Shown one piece after another: positions 1 through 9,702 of a stretch of DNA of 64,000 nt. This stretch comes from Candidatus Krumholzibacteriales bacterium (GTDB taxonomy: Bacteria > Krumholzibacteriota > Krumholzibacteriia > Krumholzibacteriales > WJIX01). The translations under genes were made by a program, and so were the position numbers. The stretch's first letter is position 1, and every line of letters starts with the position of its first letter. The stretch covers positions 1 to 64,000 of the forward strand of contig JAWODM010000041.1 in NCBI GenBank assembly GCA_046483305.1, given 5' to 3'. The notes beneath the pieces are model-generated. The model saw only the letters and a list, made by a program, of their open reading frames with translations. It searched no databases and was not told where the DNA came from.

Positions 1-180
1 CGGGCCGAGCCGGAGGACTTTCGCGTCGACGAGATTGCGGCCACGGAGCCAGAATGTACATAAACTAATGGAACCGCCGATTTTTTTGAATCTTCAACAA
101 GAGATTTTTTGATTATTATATTAAAAGTTTTTTTGCATCCTTTACATGAAACTCTAGCAGTTTTTATGAGATCTAACTCT

Positions 181-561
181 TTAAGGGACCATTATGGCCA
201 GGTGTTTCCTGTTTCTGACCAGTGAGAACATCCGCATAACCTCTTCGACACTCAGAACGGCGGGCAGCTTATATTCCCTCTTCGGCCTGGGTATACCGGC
301 TATTACTACAGGCGATTTAAGTACATGCCTGTATAGAAACTTCACGGCGCTTACCGCCTGGTTACGATAAGAAGTTGAAACCTGTCTGACATAGACAAGG
401 TGGCGGAAGTAGTTCCTGAGGTCCTGTTCGGTTATTTGATCGGGGCTCTTGGCAGTGAACCTGACCAGCCCCCTGATCTGCAGTAGATATGCCCTAATGG
501 TCTGTCTGCTGTAATTTCTGAGCCTGAGCTGCTCGATCATAAGATCTCTGATCTTTCCCAT
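181..561 (-). pseudogene. Truncated tyrosine recombinase (integron integrase-like); only the N-terminal SAM-like domain and linker remain
   Basis: LRLRNYSRQTIRAY...NQAVSAVKFLY...LPAVLSVEEV...KHLAI matches IntI/Xer-like N-termini. The ORF stops at about aa 126, just before the catalytic GLR motif. Confidence 0.85.
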
Positions 562-666
562 CCCTTCATCACCTCTTCACATCAGAATTGATTTATTGCT
601 AATCCGGTATTCCCATTGTAAATCTTACTTGAGAAAATATCATTATATTTTAATATTTCATCCCAC

Positions 667-993
667 TTATCTATAAAGTGTTCTATCCAGCCTGGTCTTT
701 TGCCAACCAATAATATATCCGTTGTCACCACAAATCGGACAAAACCACCTTATGGTTGTTGGATCGTCCTCATCATAAAATGCAACTATTTTGCCCTCAC
801 ATCGTTTATGCCCAGGACGCCTTCTACATCTTATATCGGTTGACAAATCATCTGAATCTGGATCACGACAGGTGACAGCTTCAATGATTGAACCTATGTA
901 TTTTGCCACTTGAGCCGCTGGACCCGGCAAATCCGGAATGCTCTCATCGTTATGGAGAAAATGCCTTATATCTGTTATCCAGGTATCACTCAT
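667..993 (-). CDS. Hypothetical Cys-rich protein, possible Zn-binding cassette protein
   Basis: 108-aa ORF with CRRRPGHKRC and WFCPICGDNG motifs; lower GC than the backbone. Confidence 0.7.
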   Translation of the reverse strand: MSDTWITDIRHFLHNDESIPDLPGPAAQVAKYIGSIIEAVTCRDPDSDDLSTDIRCRRRPGHKRCEGKIVAFYDEDDPTTIRWFCPICGDNGYIIGWQKTRLDRTLYR

Positions 994-1229
994 ACGCCGA
1001 TGCCCCTAGACTGTAATCTCATTAACAAGGCGAATGGTGCCACAATGATGTCGGCGCTCCTGATGACAGGATAAAATGACCTTAATAGGACTTGTCCTGA
1101 CGCCCCGGGGCATTGACATCAACCCGGTACTTGGACTCGTGGTCACCATTCACCTGAAAGTAATTATATACCTTTTCCAGATATTTTGAAGCTCAAAAGC
1201 AATCTATTTTAATTTAAAAAAAGAGCGCC

Positions 1230-1334
1230 ACATAACGATCACCGCTATACCGGCATCCGTGGCTGGCAGGTCAGGCGCCCTGCAAGCGGAATAATAGGCG
1301 TGCCTGTCTGGTGCAAGCGAGTCCATGGTTATTA
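1230..1334 (+). mobile_element. attC-like integron cassette recombination site
   Basis: ACATAAC...GTTATTA ends with imperfect inner inverted repeats (CGCTATACCGGCA / TGTCTGGTGCAAGCG); 105 bp; abuts the mazF stop codon. Confidence 0.6.
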
Positions 1335-1676
1335 TCCCCAGATCAACGATTCAATCTTTGCCAGTACGTCCTGAATAACTTCGTCCGGCATTCTTTCGAT
1401 CTTCTTTGCTTTCCTGGCGCGCCAGTCCAGGCTTTTTATCTGATCAGACAAAATCGTCCCCGATGTTTTCTGATTCCCTGGAATGTCTACCTCAAAAGGA
1501 TAACCCTTTACTTTTTCAGTTATTGGACAGAAAAGAGCAAGCCCAACCTTCGAATTATAAGATTTCGGCGAAATAACCAAAGCAGGCCGAAGGCCTGATT
1601 GCTCATGGCCAGCTTGCGGGTCGAACCGAAGCCATACTAAATCTCCGCGCTCCGGCGCGTATCTGCGCGCCATCAA
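1332..1676 (-). CDS. mazF: MazF/PemK endoribonuclease toxin
   Basis: PERGDLVWLRFDPQAGHEQSGLRPALVISP...CPIT...GYPFEV...DQIKSLDWRAR signature. Confidence 0.95.
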   Translation of the reverse strand: MMARRYAPERGDLVWLRFDPQAGHEQSGLRPALVISPKSYNSKVGLALFCPITEKVKGYPFEVDIPGNQKTSGTILSDQIKSLDWRARKAKKIERMPDEVIQDVLAKIESLIWG

Positions 1677-1915
1677 TAAACCTCCCGTCCGGCAGCATCA
1701 CCTGTTGATATTTCCCTATGAATATTATCCTCGCGGACTTTGGATAGAAGATCTGTAAGACGATATTTGGAAGGCCGGACAGGTTTTATCACCAGACTAT
1801 CTCCTTCGAGCGAGATGTCCACCTTCGAGCCTTCTTCAACACCTGCCTCCCTGGCAAATGACTTGGGAATTCTCAGCCCCAGGCTATTTCCCCATTTCAG
1901 AATTTTAATTACCAC
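1673..1915 (-). CDS. mazE: MazE/AbrB-fold antitoxin
   Basis: KWGNSLGLRIPK motif; overlaps the mazF start; GGAGG RBS precedes GTG at 1915. Confidence 0.93.
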   Translation of the reverse strand: MVIKILKWGNSLGLRIPKSFAREAGVEEGSKVDISLEGDSLVIKPVRPSKYRLTDLLSKVREDNIHREISTGDAAGREVY

Positions 1916-1927
1916 TTTCAACCTCCA

Positions 1928-1950
1928 TGTTTATACAATGAGTATACAAT
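1928..1950 (-). promoter_or_regulatory. Probable mazEF autoregulatory operator
   Basis: Imperfect palindrome TGTTTATACAATGAGTATACA immediately upstream of the mazE RBS. Confidence 0.5.
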
Positions 1951-1993
1951 GAAATCGGGGGTTGGTCAACCTTCATTTTATCTCCCAGAATCT

Positions 1994-2066
1994 CACCAAC
2001 AACTCATTAATTCTGGATTATGTTCAGATAAGGGTTTTTATCCGAACCTTACACCCGGTGTTGGCG
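1994..2066 (+). mobile_element. Second attC-like site closing the mazEF cassette
   Basis: CACCAAC...GTTGGCG ends with a central hairpin GTTCAGATAA/TTATCCGAAC; 73 bp; marks the boundary with the backbone. Confidence 0.45.
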
Positions 2067-2081
2067 GTAAATTATTTACCA

Positions 2082-2924
2082 CTAAAGGGGGAGCAGGACT
2101 ATTGCTATCGCGGCCAGAACAAGCCCGACCAGGGCCACCCTTCCCAGGCGCTCCCGCCAGACCGCGAACCCTAACAGCGTGGAGATGAATATCACGGTGA
2201 GGTTTACGAACGGGAAGGCCAGGGAGGCCGGCACCGACTCCAGGGCCTTGAGCATGAATATGGTGCTGTAGAGATTGGGTACTCCCAGAAGGGCGCCCAG
2301 GAAGAAGGTCCTGGTGTTGAAGCTGCAGCCGTTCTTGAGAACCAGTATCCAGACCATCACCGCCGCCGTGGTAAAGAGTATGAAGGTGAAGAATATACGG
2401 TCCATTCCCGGGATCACCTCCCGGTAGGTCTTAAGGAGCAGGTCCCCGGCGCCCATCACCAGAAAGAGCGAGACTATCACGAACCAGTACTTCCCGGTTG
2501 AATCCTCCCGGGAGCGGCCGTCGGAGAGCCCGGAGCCGAAGAGGATAATGGCAAATATTCCCAGAATGATGCCTATCGCGGGGTAGAGGCCGGGCCTTTC
2601 GCCCCAGATCAGTATGGAGGCCACTATGGGAACCGCCACCGAGAGCCGCATTACGGTAACCGGAACGGCCAGGGGGCCCATTGACATCCCCGAGAGCATC
2701 AGCAGAAAGCCCAGCACGAAATCGACCCCCGCGCTGGCTCCCAGGGTGAACGCCTTCCACCCCGGCCAGTAGACATCTCCCCGGATCAGAAGAAAAGATA
2801 GAACGGAGGCCACCGTGTAGTTTACCCCTATCAGCAGCAGCCTGTTTCCCCGTGCCTCTTCGCTTATCTTCAGGATCAGGGCTACCGCGATGGAACAACC
2901 GGCAGCGGGAAGAAGCCATATCAC
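2082..2924 (-). CDS. DMT/EamA-family membrane transporter
   Basis: About 10 hydrophobic segments in two EamA-like repeats (WGERP, WRERLG); GTG start at 2924 after a GAGGAG RBS. Confidence 0.85.
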   Translation of the reverse strand: MIWLLPAAGCSIAVALILKISEEARGNRLLLIGVNYTVASVLSFLLIRGDVYWPGWKAFTLGASAGVDFVLGFLLMLSGMSMGPLAVPVTVMRLSVAVPIVASILIWGERPGLYPAIGIILGIFAIILFGSGLSDGRSREDSTGKYWFVIVSLFLVMGAGDLLLKTYREVIPGMDRIFFTFILFTTAAVMVWILVLKNGCSFNTRTFFLGALLGVPNLYSTIFMLKALESVPASLAFPFVNLTVIFISTLLGFAVWRERLGRVALVGLVLAAIAIVLLPL

Positions 2925-2925
2925 G

Positions 2926-4509
2926 CTATATCTCCTCCAGCCTGCTGGCAAAATAATCAGGTTTTAACGGCTCCCCGGTAGCTTTCTCCATCAGCCGGTC
3001 CCACCGGTACAGGTTGCCGGGGCTGTATATATTGGATTTCAGGTAATTGCTCATCTCAGGCCCGTCCTGCTGAAAATTTTCCGCAACGTTGTTTTCTATG
3101 TAATTCCTGAGCTGGGCGGCTACCAGTTCTCCCAGTAAGTAGTTATGATAGTAGACCGGGCTGGTAACGAAATGTATCTTGGAGCACCAGTCGGGGCTGG
3201 ATCTTCCCGGGGGCGGGTTGACCAGCTGGTACCGGCCGGCCATCTCCCACCAGAGGGAGTTGAGGTCGCTTCCCGGGTAACGGTATAGCTCTCTCTCGAA
3301 TCTGACCATAACCTGGCACCACCTCGCGAACACCAGTTTCTGCGCGCCTGCCGCGGCCGCCAGGCCGTGCAACTGTTCATCCGACAATCCCGCTCCGGCG
3401 TTATTCTCAAGCCAGTCCGGGTCGTTAAGCATGCTCTCAAAGAACATCGCCGACCCTTCGGTCAGGCAGAAATGGGGATACTTCCTCAGCAGGAAGGGAA
3501 GCTCTCTGTCTATATTGAGATCGTATACCGCATGGCCCAGCTCGTGAAGCAGGGTCCCCATCCACTTGGCGTCGCTCTTAATATTGGCAAGTATCCGTAC
3601 ATCACCCTCCCTGTCTATATCCAGGCAGAAAGCGTGAGGGCTCTTGCCCGCTCTCTGATAGAGGTCGCTGCTCTCGAGAATATGTCCTACCGGCATCCCC
3701 AGCCCGCTGTAATAATCAGCCGCCATGCGGACAAGGTCTCTTCCGTCAAACAGGGGGTCCAGATCAAAACCGTCTACAGGCCTGGACCTCTGAAAGAACG
3801 GATCAATGTGGTGCCAGGGCATTATCTGATCCCCGGGTATTCCGAACTGACTGGAAATAATCTGATCAAGTTTCCCTTTTACTTCAATAAACGGCTCTCT
3901 GGTAAGCTCTTCCAGCCGGTCCATCAGCCTGAACAGCTCTTCCTCATCCGTCTCTGACAGATAAAGAGACATCGAGTAGAAATTATCGAACCCCGCTTCT
4001 GCGGCGGCCCGGTTCCTGAGCTCCACCAGGCGGGTCATATCGCCGGCTATCACCTCTCCCACTGCCTTGTGCGCTTCCCATGCCTGTTTTCTCTTCTTCG
4101 AATCCTTCTCTTCCCTGAGTATCTCCCTGATATCGTTATCGGTGACTTCGCTGCCATCCAGACGCGGCCTGAAGGTATTAAACTTCCTCTGCAGGCGGGA
4201 AGAGAGATCAGCGATTTCTCTGAGAAGGTCCTCCCCGGTCTGCATCCCCATGTAGCTGAGATAAAGAACCCGGGCTGTCCTGGCAATCTCCTCATCTTCC
4301 TGTTCCGCCTTATCCAGAAGGTTGGAAAGGTATTCGAAATCAGCCCTGCTGGAATAGATCCTCCCCATTTTGAATTCCAGCTCAGCCAGTTCGCGGTAAT
4401 CCTCGTCTCCGCCTCCGGTTGCGGCTCTCCAGTGGGCAAGGCTCTTTTCCCGGTGGAGCTCCCTGACCGTTTCCACATGCTTTTCCACAAAATCTTCAAA
4501 CTCTTTCAT
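2926..4509 (-). CDS. M2/M3-family zinc metallopeptidase (oligopeptidase)
   Basis: HELGH zinc motif, downstream TEG glutamate, KIHFVTSPVYYHNY. Confidence 0.9.
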   Translation of the reverse strand: MKEFEDFVEKHVETVRELHREKSLAHWRAATGGGDEDYRELAELEFKMGRIYSSRADFEYLSNLLDKAEQEDEEIARTARVLYLSYMGMQTGEDLLREIADLSSRLQRKFNTFRPRLDGSEVTDNDIREILREEKDSKKRKQAWEAHKAVGEVIAGDMTRLVELRNRAAAEAGFDNFYSMSLYLSETDEEELFRLMDRLEELTREPFIEVKGKLDQIISSQFGIPGDQIMPWHHIDPFFQRSRPVDGFDLDPLFDGRDLVRMAADYYSGLGMPVGHILESSDLYQRAGKSPHAFCLDIDREGDVRILANIKSDAKWMGTLLHELGHAVYDLNIDRELPFLLRKYPHFCLTEGSAMFFESMLNDPDWLENNAGAGLSDEQLHGLAAAAGAQKLVFARWCQVMVRFERELYRYPGSDLNSLWWEMAGRYQLVNPPPGRSSPDWCSKIHFVTSPVYYHNYLLGELVAAQLRNYIENNVAENFQQDGPEMSNYLKSNIYSPGNLYRWDRLMEKATGEPLKPDYFASRLEEI

Positions 4510-4554
4510 TAAGTTACTGTCCCTCCGTCTGTTTGGAGAGTCCGCCGTTGAATA

Positions 4555-5955
4555 TCAGAATCCAGATACTCCTCCCGGCGCCTCTCCCGGCGAATGAAGT
4601 TCGATTGTTCTGTCTGTCATACGGGATATCAGACTGCTATCATGAGAAGCCATGATAACAGCTGTCTCGGGGCCGATAAGCCGCCTCAGCGCCCTCTCCA
4701 GGTTATCTCTGGCCTCCGCGTCCAGGAACAGGGACGGCTCGTCCAGAATATACAGCTCCGCCTTGAGAATAATGACAGATGCAAGAGCGCACAGCCTCTT
4801 CTCACCCTGAGACAGGCGGTGGGGGCTTCTCTTACTGAACGTTTCGTAATCGATCCCCGCCGTCTCCATAGCTTCTCTTACCGCTTCGCCGGCTCCCTGA
4901 TCCCCGTAGAAGGACCTGTAGCCGAGAGCTACCTCTTCCTCCACAGTTTCCGCGAAAAAACCTTCCTCCGGGGTCTGAAACAGCACCGCCACCCGCTGCG
5001 CCTGAAAATCCCCCGCTGATCCGGCCTTCTTCCCGAATACCCTGACCGTTCCGCTCTCCGGGGGAATAAGCCCCGCGCAGGAGGCCAGAAGAGTCGATTT
5101 GCCGGAACCTACAGGCCCGGTGATACCGACCGTCTCTCCCCTTCTAATATTCAGCCTGTCTATCCTCAGGCAGAATCCGCTGTCCGGATAGGAAATGGCC
5201 ATATCTTCCATCTCCACCACGGTTTCGTATAATTTATCTCCGGGCTCAGTTGCCTTGCGTGGAGAACCGCTCCTGTCATTTCCGACTACAATTCCGCCCG
5301 GCCCGGATTCGAGGAATTCATCGGGGTCGCCGTAGCCGGTAACAGAGCCGTCAGCCAGGAAAAGCACTCTGTCGGCATAGCCTATCTCCGCCCTGTCCAG
5401 GGTTGCCCAGAGAACCGCCTTGCCTCTATCGTGAAAATGCTCTCTTACCGCTTCCACCACCCTCTCTCTGGAAACCGCATCCAGGAATGTCAGGGGCTCG
5501 TCAAGTATCAGGTGCCGGGGGTTCATAACCCATACAGTCGCCAGCAGCAGCCGCTGCTTTTCCCCTCCGGAGAGGGTGTGGGGGTTGCGGTCCAGCAGCC
5601 CCTGAAGCTCAAATATACTCACGCTTTCCCGGAACCTTTCCTCCTTAAGGCCGAAGGGGAGGTTAATGTTCTCCATTCCGAAATGGATCTCTCTCCTGAC
5701 CGTGGTGGTAATGAACTGGCTGTCCGGGTTCTGCATCGCTATGGCAACCGGCACAGCGTTCTCTCCGGCCGGGTCTATATCCACACTCCCGGCGTCGGGC
5801 CGGCGCAGTTCCGCTGCCAGGCTGCAGAGAGTGCTCTTTCCGCTCCCGTTGGCTCCGGTCAGAGCTACCCACTCCCCGTCTACGATCTGAAGGTTGATAT
5901 TTTCCAGTACCGCTCTCCCCTGAAGGATCGAATTTACATCTCGAAAACCAATCAC
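4555..5955 (-). CDS. ECF-type ABC transporter ATPase with two fused ATPase domains
   Basis: Two Walker A motifs (GANGSGKS, GPVGSGKS), QNPDSQF/FQTPEEGFF Q-helices, LSGGEKQR and LSQGEKR signatures. Confidence 0.88.
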   Translation of the reverse strand: MIGFRDVNSILQGRAVLENINLQIVDGEWVALTGANGSGKSTLCSLAAELRRPDAGSVDIDPAGENAVPVAIAMQNPDSQFITTTVRREIHFGMENINLPFGLKEERFRESVSIFELQGLLDRNPHTLSGGEKQRLLLATVWVMNPRHLILDEPLTFLDAVSRERVVEAVREHFHDRGKAVLWATLDRAEIGYADRVLFLADGSVTGYGDPDEFLESGPGGIVVGNDRSGSPRKATEPGDKLYETVVEMEDMAISYPDSGFCLRIDRLNIRRGETVGITGPVGSGKSTLLASCAGLIPPESGTVRVFGKKAGSAGDFQAQRVAVLFQTPEEGFFAETVEEEVALGYRSFYGDQGAGEAVREAMETAGIDYETFSKRSPHRLSQGEKRLCALASVIILKAELYILDEPSLFLDAEARDNLERALRRLIGPETAVIMASHDSSLISRMTDRTIELHSPGEAPGGVSGF

Positions 5956-6734
5956 CTGCCGCTCCCGTCGCCTCCGCCCGCCGAACTGAGGTATGACCGG
6001 GCCCTCTCAGCCCAGGCGCTGTCCGAATCAAGCTCCAGATAGCGCTTCCAGGTCTTTGTCTCTTTCCCGGTTTCGCCCTTCTTCCGGTAGAGAATACCGA
6101 GCGAGAACACTGACTTCGCATGGTCCGGATTCAGCTTGAGCGCCCTTCTGAAAGCGTCCTCGGCGCTGTCATAATTTTCAGTATAAAAATAGGAGTTGCC
6201 CAGGGCGTAATAATATGCCGGCCTGGAACCGCTTCTGAGCATCAGGTCCTTGAGGATGGTAATCGCCCTGTCGTGAAGGGACATCCTCTGATAGGCAACC
6301 GCCAGGTTGAAATATGCGTCGTAGAGGTTCCGGTCCAGCCTGATGGCGCTCCGGAACTGTTCGACCGCCTCCGCGTAATTTCCGTCAGCCAGATGCTCCA
6401 GGCCGCTGTTATAAAGGTGAACCGCTTTCCTGCTCTCTTTTATCGATTTAAGATCGCTCTCGCTCAGGGGTATTTTAATACCGGTGCCCGGCGCCGGCTG
6501 CTGATCCCTGTCGAACCCGTTGTAAGCGGCCAGCTGGCCAGCCCTGCCCTCTTTGCCGTAATAATCGTAGGCAATCGAGCTCCAGCTTTCGCCCTCGGCA
6601 ACCACGTGAGTTATCACCTTGCTTATCCCGCCCTCCTCAAAGGGGCTCTTCCTGACCGCGCATGAAAGGCAGATCAGAATCAGGCAGAGAGCGGCTGTGG
6701 ATACCGCTCTTATGATCTTTTCAGTTACCGTCAT
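5952..6734 (-). CDS. LysM + TPR domain exported protein (probable lipoprotein)
   Basis: Signal peptide ending in LSC; LysM-like HVVAEGESWSSIA...LAAYN; about four TPRs. Confidence 0.8.
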   Translation of the reverse strand: MTVTEKIIRAVSTAALCLILICLSCAVRKSPFEEGGISKVITHVVAEGESWSSIAYDYYGKEGRAGQLAAYNGFDRDQQPAPGTGIKIPLSESDLKSIKESRKAVHLYNSGLEHLADGNYAEAVEQFRSAIRLDRNLYDAYFNLAVAYQRMSLHDRAITILKDLMLRSGSRPAYYYALGNSYFYTENYDSAEDAFRRALKLNPDHAKSVFSLGILYRKKGETGKETKTWKRYLELDSDSAWAERARSYLSSAGGGDGSGR

Positions 6735-7914
6735 TTTCTTCCACCCTCCTGATGGCGGCCGCCGCTGCCTCTCTGAATACATTCTCAAGCGGAATCCCGC
6801 TGCTTCTGGCCAGCCTGGCGGCTGATTCGTATTCCGGGCTGAAATTCACGCTGCCGTCCGGAAGCTCCCTGAATTTCACCACTACCTCTCCGTGCCGGGT
6901 ATTTACCGGTTCGCTCCATCTCTTCAGCTCCACTCTGTTCTCGCCGGTGATCCTGATACCCAGAGTGGTAGTCTCAGCAAACAGTACTTCCAGGACGCGG
7001 TCTTCTATATTGCAGTCGCAGATCACGGTCAGCTCCACCCCCGGCCTTCCCTTCTTCATTATCACGTTATTAAGAAATACCTCGTGAACCCCCGTTTCGA
7101 ACAGTTTTTCGGTCAGATAACCGAACAGCTCCGGATTCATGTCATCTATGGTGGTCCTGACCACTCTGACCGTATTCTTAATCCCCTTCGGTTTCACCTC
7201 CATCATTCTGAGAAAACCCGGATTCTTCTCTCTGGTGCCGGAGCCGTACACTATCCTCTCCGGTTTGAACAAACAGCCCTCCGGAAGAGGTTCGGACAGA
7301 ACCTTTATCAGGGCGGCGCCGGTGGGTGTGACCAGCTCCCCCTCATCTTCTGATATCTCCAGCTCCATCCCCCTCAGTATCTCAATGGTGGCGGGCGCCG
7401 GCACCGGGATGGTGCCGTGGGCAATGGAAATGACCCCGCTTCCCAGCCTCAGAGAGCGGTGATACACTTTCGGGTATCCCAGCAGTGAAAGCCCGGCGAC
7501 CGATCCCACTATATCCACTATGGAATCTACCGCCCCCACCTCGTGGAAATGTACCTGGCCGGGATCGACGCCATGAACCTTTCCCTCCGCCTCCGCTATA
7601 ACCCTGAAAATCTCCAGAGAGAGATCTGTTACCCGCCTTTCCAGCCCTGATTCTCTGATCATCTCCGATATGCCGCTGAAATTCCTGTGATGATGATCTT
7701 CCTCTGATATGACCCTGGTCCTGGCGGTCCTGATACCCCTGGCTTCCGCCATTTCGGACACGATCCTGAACGGCTCCAGGCCGGGAATAGATTTAAGCAT
7801 TTCCATAATCTTATCGGCGCCCGCGCCCAGCTCAAAAAGGCAGCTTAGAAACATATCTCCGCTCAGGCCCAGCGCCGGGTCAATTATGATGACTTTATCG
7901 CTTTTGCTGTTCAA
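6721..7914 (-). CDS. larC: Nickel pincer cofactor Ni insertase LarC
   Basis: GLSGDMFL, HHHR, VHFHEVGAVDSIVDI, HGTIPVPAPAT, ELVTPTGAA, MKKGRPG, ETTTLGIR, PEYE. Confidence 0.95.
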   Translation of the reverse strand: MNSKSDKVIIIDPALGLSGDMFLSCLFELGAGADKIMEMLKSIPGLEPFRIVSEMAEARGIRTARTRVISEEDHHHRNFSGISEMIRESGLERRVTDLSLEIFRVIAEAEGKVHGVDPGQVHFHEVGAVDSIVDIVGSVAGLSLLGYPKVYHRSLRLGSGVISIAHGTIPVPAPATIEILRGMELEISEDEGELVTPTGAALIKVLSEPLPEGCLFKPERIVYGSGTREKNPGFLRMMEVKPKGIKNTVRVVRTTIDDMNPELFGYLTEKLFETGVHEVFLNNVIMKKGRPGVELTVICDCNIEDRVLEVLFAETTTLGIRITGENRVELKRWSEPVNTRHGEVVVKFRELPDGSVNFSPEYESAARLARSSGIPLENVFREAAAAAIRRVEENDGN

Positions 7915-7945
7915 TTTTCACTCTCTCTTTCAGATTATCCGGGGT

Positions 7946-8713
7946 TCAGGCATTATCCCTGGCCGCCCTGATCCTGGCGCAGATCAGAGCCGCCGAAAAG
8001 GCCGCTCCGAACCCGTTATCTATATTCACCACCGAGACCCCTCCCGCGCAGCTGTTGAGCATGGTCAGAAGGGCCGCCACCCCTTTGAAACTCGCGCCAT
8101 ATCCCACGCTGGTCGGCACCGCTATGACAGGGGCGTTTACCATCCCGGCTACCACGCTGGCCAGGGCCCCCTCCATTCCCGCCACCACTATTACCACGTC
8201 GGCCGCCCTGATATCCTCCAGAGAAGACAGGAACCGGTGCATCCCGGCCACTCCCACATCATAGAACCTGTCCACTTCACATCCGAAAAAGTCCGCGCAG
8301 AGAGCCGCTTCTTCCGATACCGGCATATCCGATGTCCCCGCCGACACCACTGCCGCCTTCCCGTTCTTATCCGCCGGCTTTCTCTCCACCTTGAACAGGT
8401 TCGCCGACTCATGGTACTCGGCATCAGGGATTACCCTTGAGACCGACTCGAATTTATCCCTGGTGCATCTGGTGGCCAGCAGGTTTCCTCTCTCCTTGAG
8501 GATCTCCAGGGCTATGCCGGCAACCTGGTCGTCGGTCTTGTTCTCGCAGAAAATCACCTCCGGAAGCCCGCGCCTGAGAACCCGGTGGTGATCAACTTTC
8601 GCGTATTCCAGGTCGCGGAACGGCAGGCTCTTCATCATTGAAAGGGCCTCTTCCACGGAGAGCTTCCCGGCAGACAGCTCCTCCAGCAGTTCTCTAAGCT
8701 TTTCCTCATTCAC
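7946..8713 (-). CDS. larB: Nickel pincer cofactor biosynthesis protein LarB
   Basis: DHHRVLRRGLPEVIF, AGTSDMPV, DVGVAG, AGMEGAL, VPTSVGYG, VVNIDNGFGAA. Confidence 0.95.
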   Translation of the reverse strand: MNEEKLRELLEELSAGKLSVEEALSMMKSLPFRDLEYAKVDHHRVLRRGLPEVIFCENKTDDQVAGIALEILKERGNLLATRCTRDKFESVSRVIPDAEYHESANLFKVERKPADKNGKAAVVSAGTSDMPVSEEAALCADFFGCEVDRFYDVGVAGMHRFLSSLEDIRAADVVIVVAGMEGALASVVAGMVNAPVIAVPTSVGYGASFKGVAALLTMLNSCAGGVSVVNIDNGFGAAFSAALICARIRAARDNA

Positions 8714-9702
8714 TTTCCGTCTATCTCCTCTCTGATCTGTTGGAGTATCGACAGCACCTCTTCCATAGTCTCACTCTCCGCCAGCCTCGCCCTGTATTCC
8801 TTAATCCCCCGGTAACCGCGGATAAACCAGCGATAATGCTTCCTCAGTTCCAGAACGGCAAGCCGTTCCCCCTTATATTCGACCTCCATTCTTACAAATT
8901 TCTCAAATATTTTCAACTTCTCTGATAAACTCTCAGGAACGGGCGGTTCCTGAAGATATGAGGGATCCTCCTCCCCGCATCCGGCCATTCTTCTCATCTC
9001 CCTTTTCAGCTCGGAAAAGATCCAGGGCCTGCCCATGGCTCCCCTGCCGACCATCACCACTCCGCAGCCGGTTCTCTCCACCACTTCCCTGTAATCGTCA
9101 GGGCCGTTGATATCCCCGTTGGCGATCACCGGTATATCCAACTCGCTGTTGAGACGGGTGATATGGGCCCAGTTGGCCTCCCCTCTGAACATCTGGGACC
9201 TGTACCGCGGATGAAGTGTCACCGCCGCGATTCCGCTGCCCTGCAGCACTCTTCCCGCCTCCAGGTAATTTTCCTGGCCGCCGGTCCAGCCGCTCCTGAT
9301 CTTGGCGGTAACCGGCAGCTCGACCGCATTCACCACCTCCTCCGCTATCCTTCCCATAAGCTGCAGGTCCCTCATCAGGCCGGCCCCTCCGTTCTTGCGT
9401 ACCACCTTCTTCACCGGACACCCGAAATTGATATCTATGAAGGCCGGCCCCCTGCCGGACGCGATCCTGGCGGCCTCCGCCATAGAGGACGGCCTCGAAC
9501 CGAAAAGCTGAATCCCCACCTTCCCCTCTTCTTCGATAATCTCCATCAGCTTTGCGGTCCTGCCGCATCCCCTCACCAGCCCCTCGGAGCTGATCATCTC
9601 AGTCTCGGCGTAATCAGCCCCGAACTCAAAACAGAGGGTCCTGAACGGAGGGTCGGTGTATCCCGCCAGGGGAGCAAGCATGATGGCAGGATTCTTAAAC
9701 AA
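8710..9702 (-). CDS. dusB: tRNA-dihydrouridine synthase (DusB-like)
   Basis: LAPLAGYTD, IDINFGCP, KIRSGW, IANGDI, MVGRGAMGRPWIF. Confidence 0.93.
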   Translation of the reverse strand: MFKNPAIMLAPLAGYTDPPFRTLCFEFGADYAETEMISSEGLVRGCGRTAKLMEIIEEEGKVGIQLFGSRPSSMAEAARIASGRGPAFIDINFGCPVKKVVRKNGGAGLMRDLQLMGRIAEEVVNAVELPVTAKIRSGWTGGQENYLEAGRVLQGSGIAAVTLHPRYRSQMFRGEANWAHITRLNSELDIPVIANGDINGPDDYREVVERTGCGVVMVGRGAMGRPWIFSELKREMRRMAGCGEEDPSYLQEPPVPESLSEKLKIFEKFVRMEVEYKGERLAVLELRKHYRWFIRGYRGIKEYRARLAESETMEEVLSILQQIREEIDGK

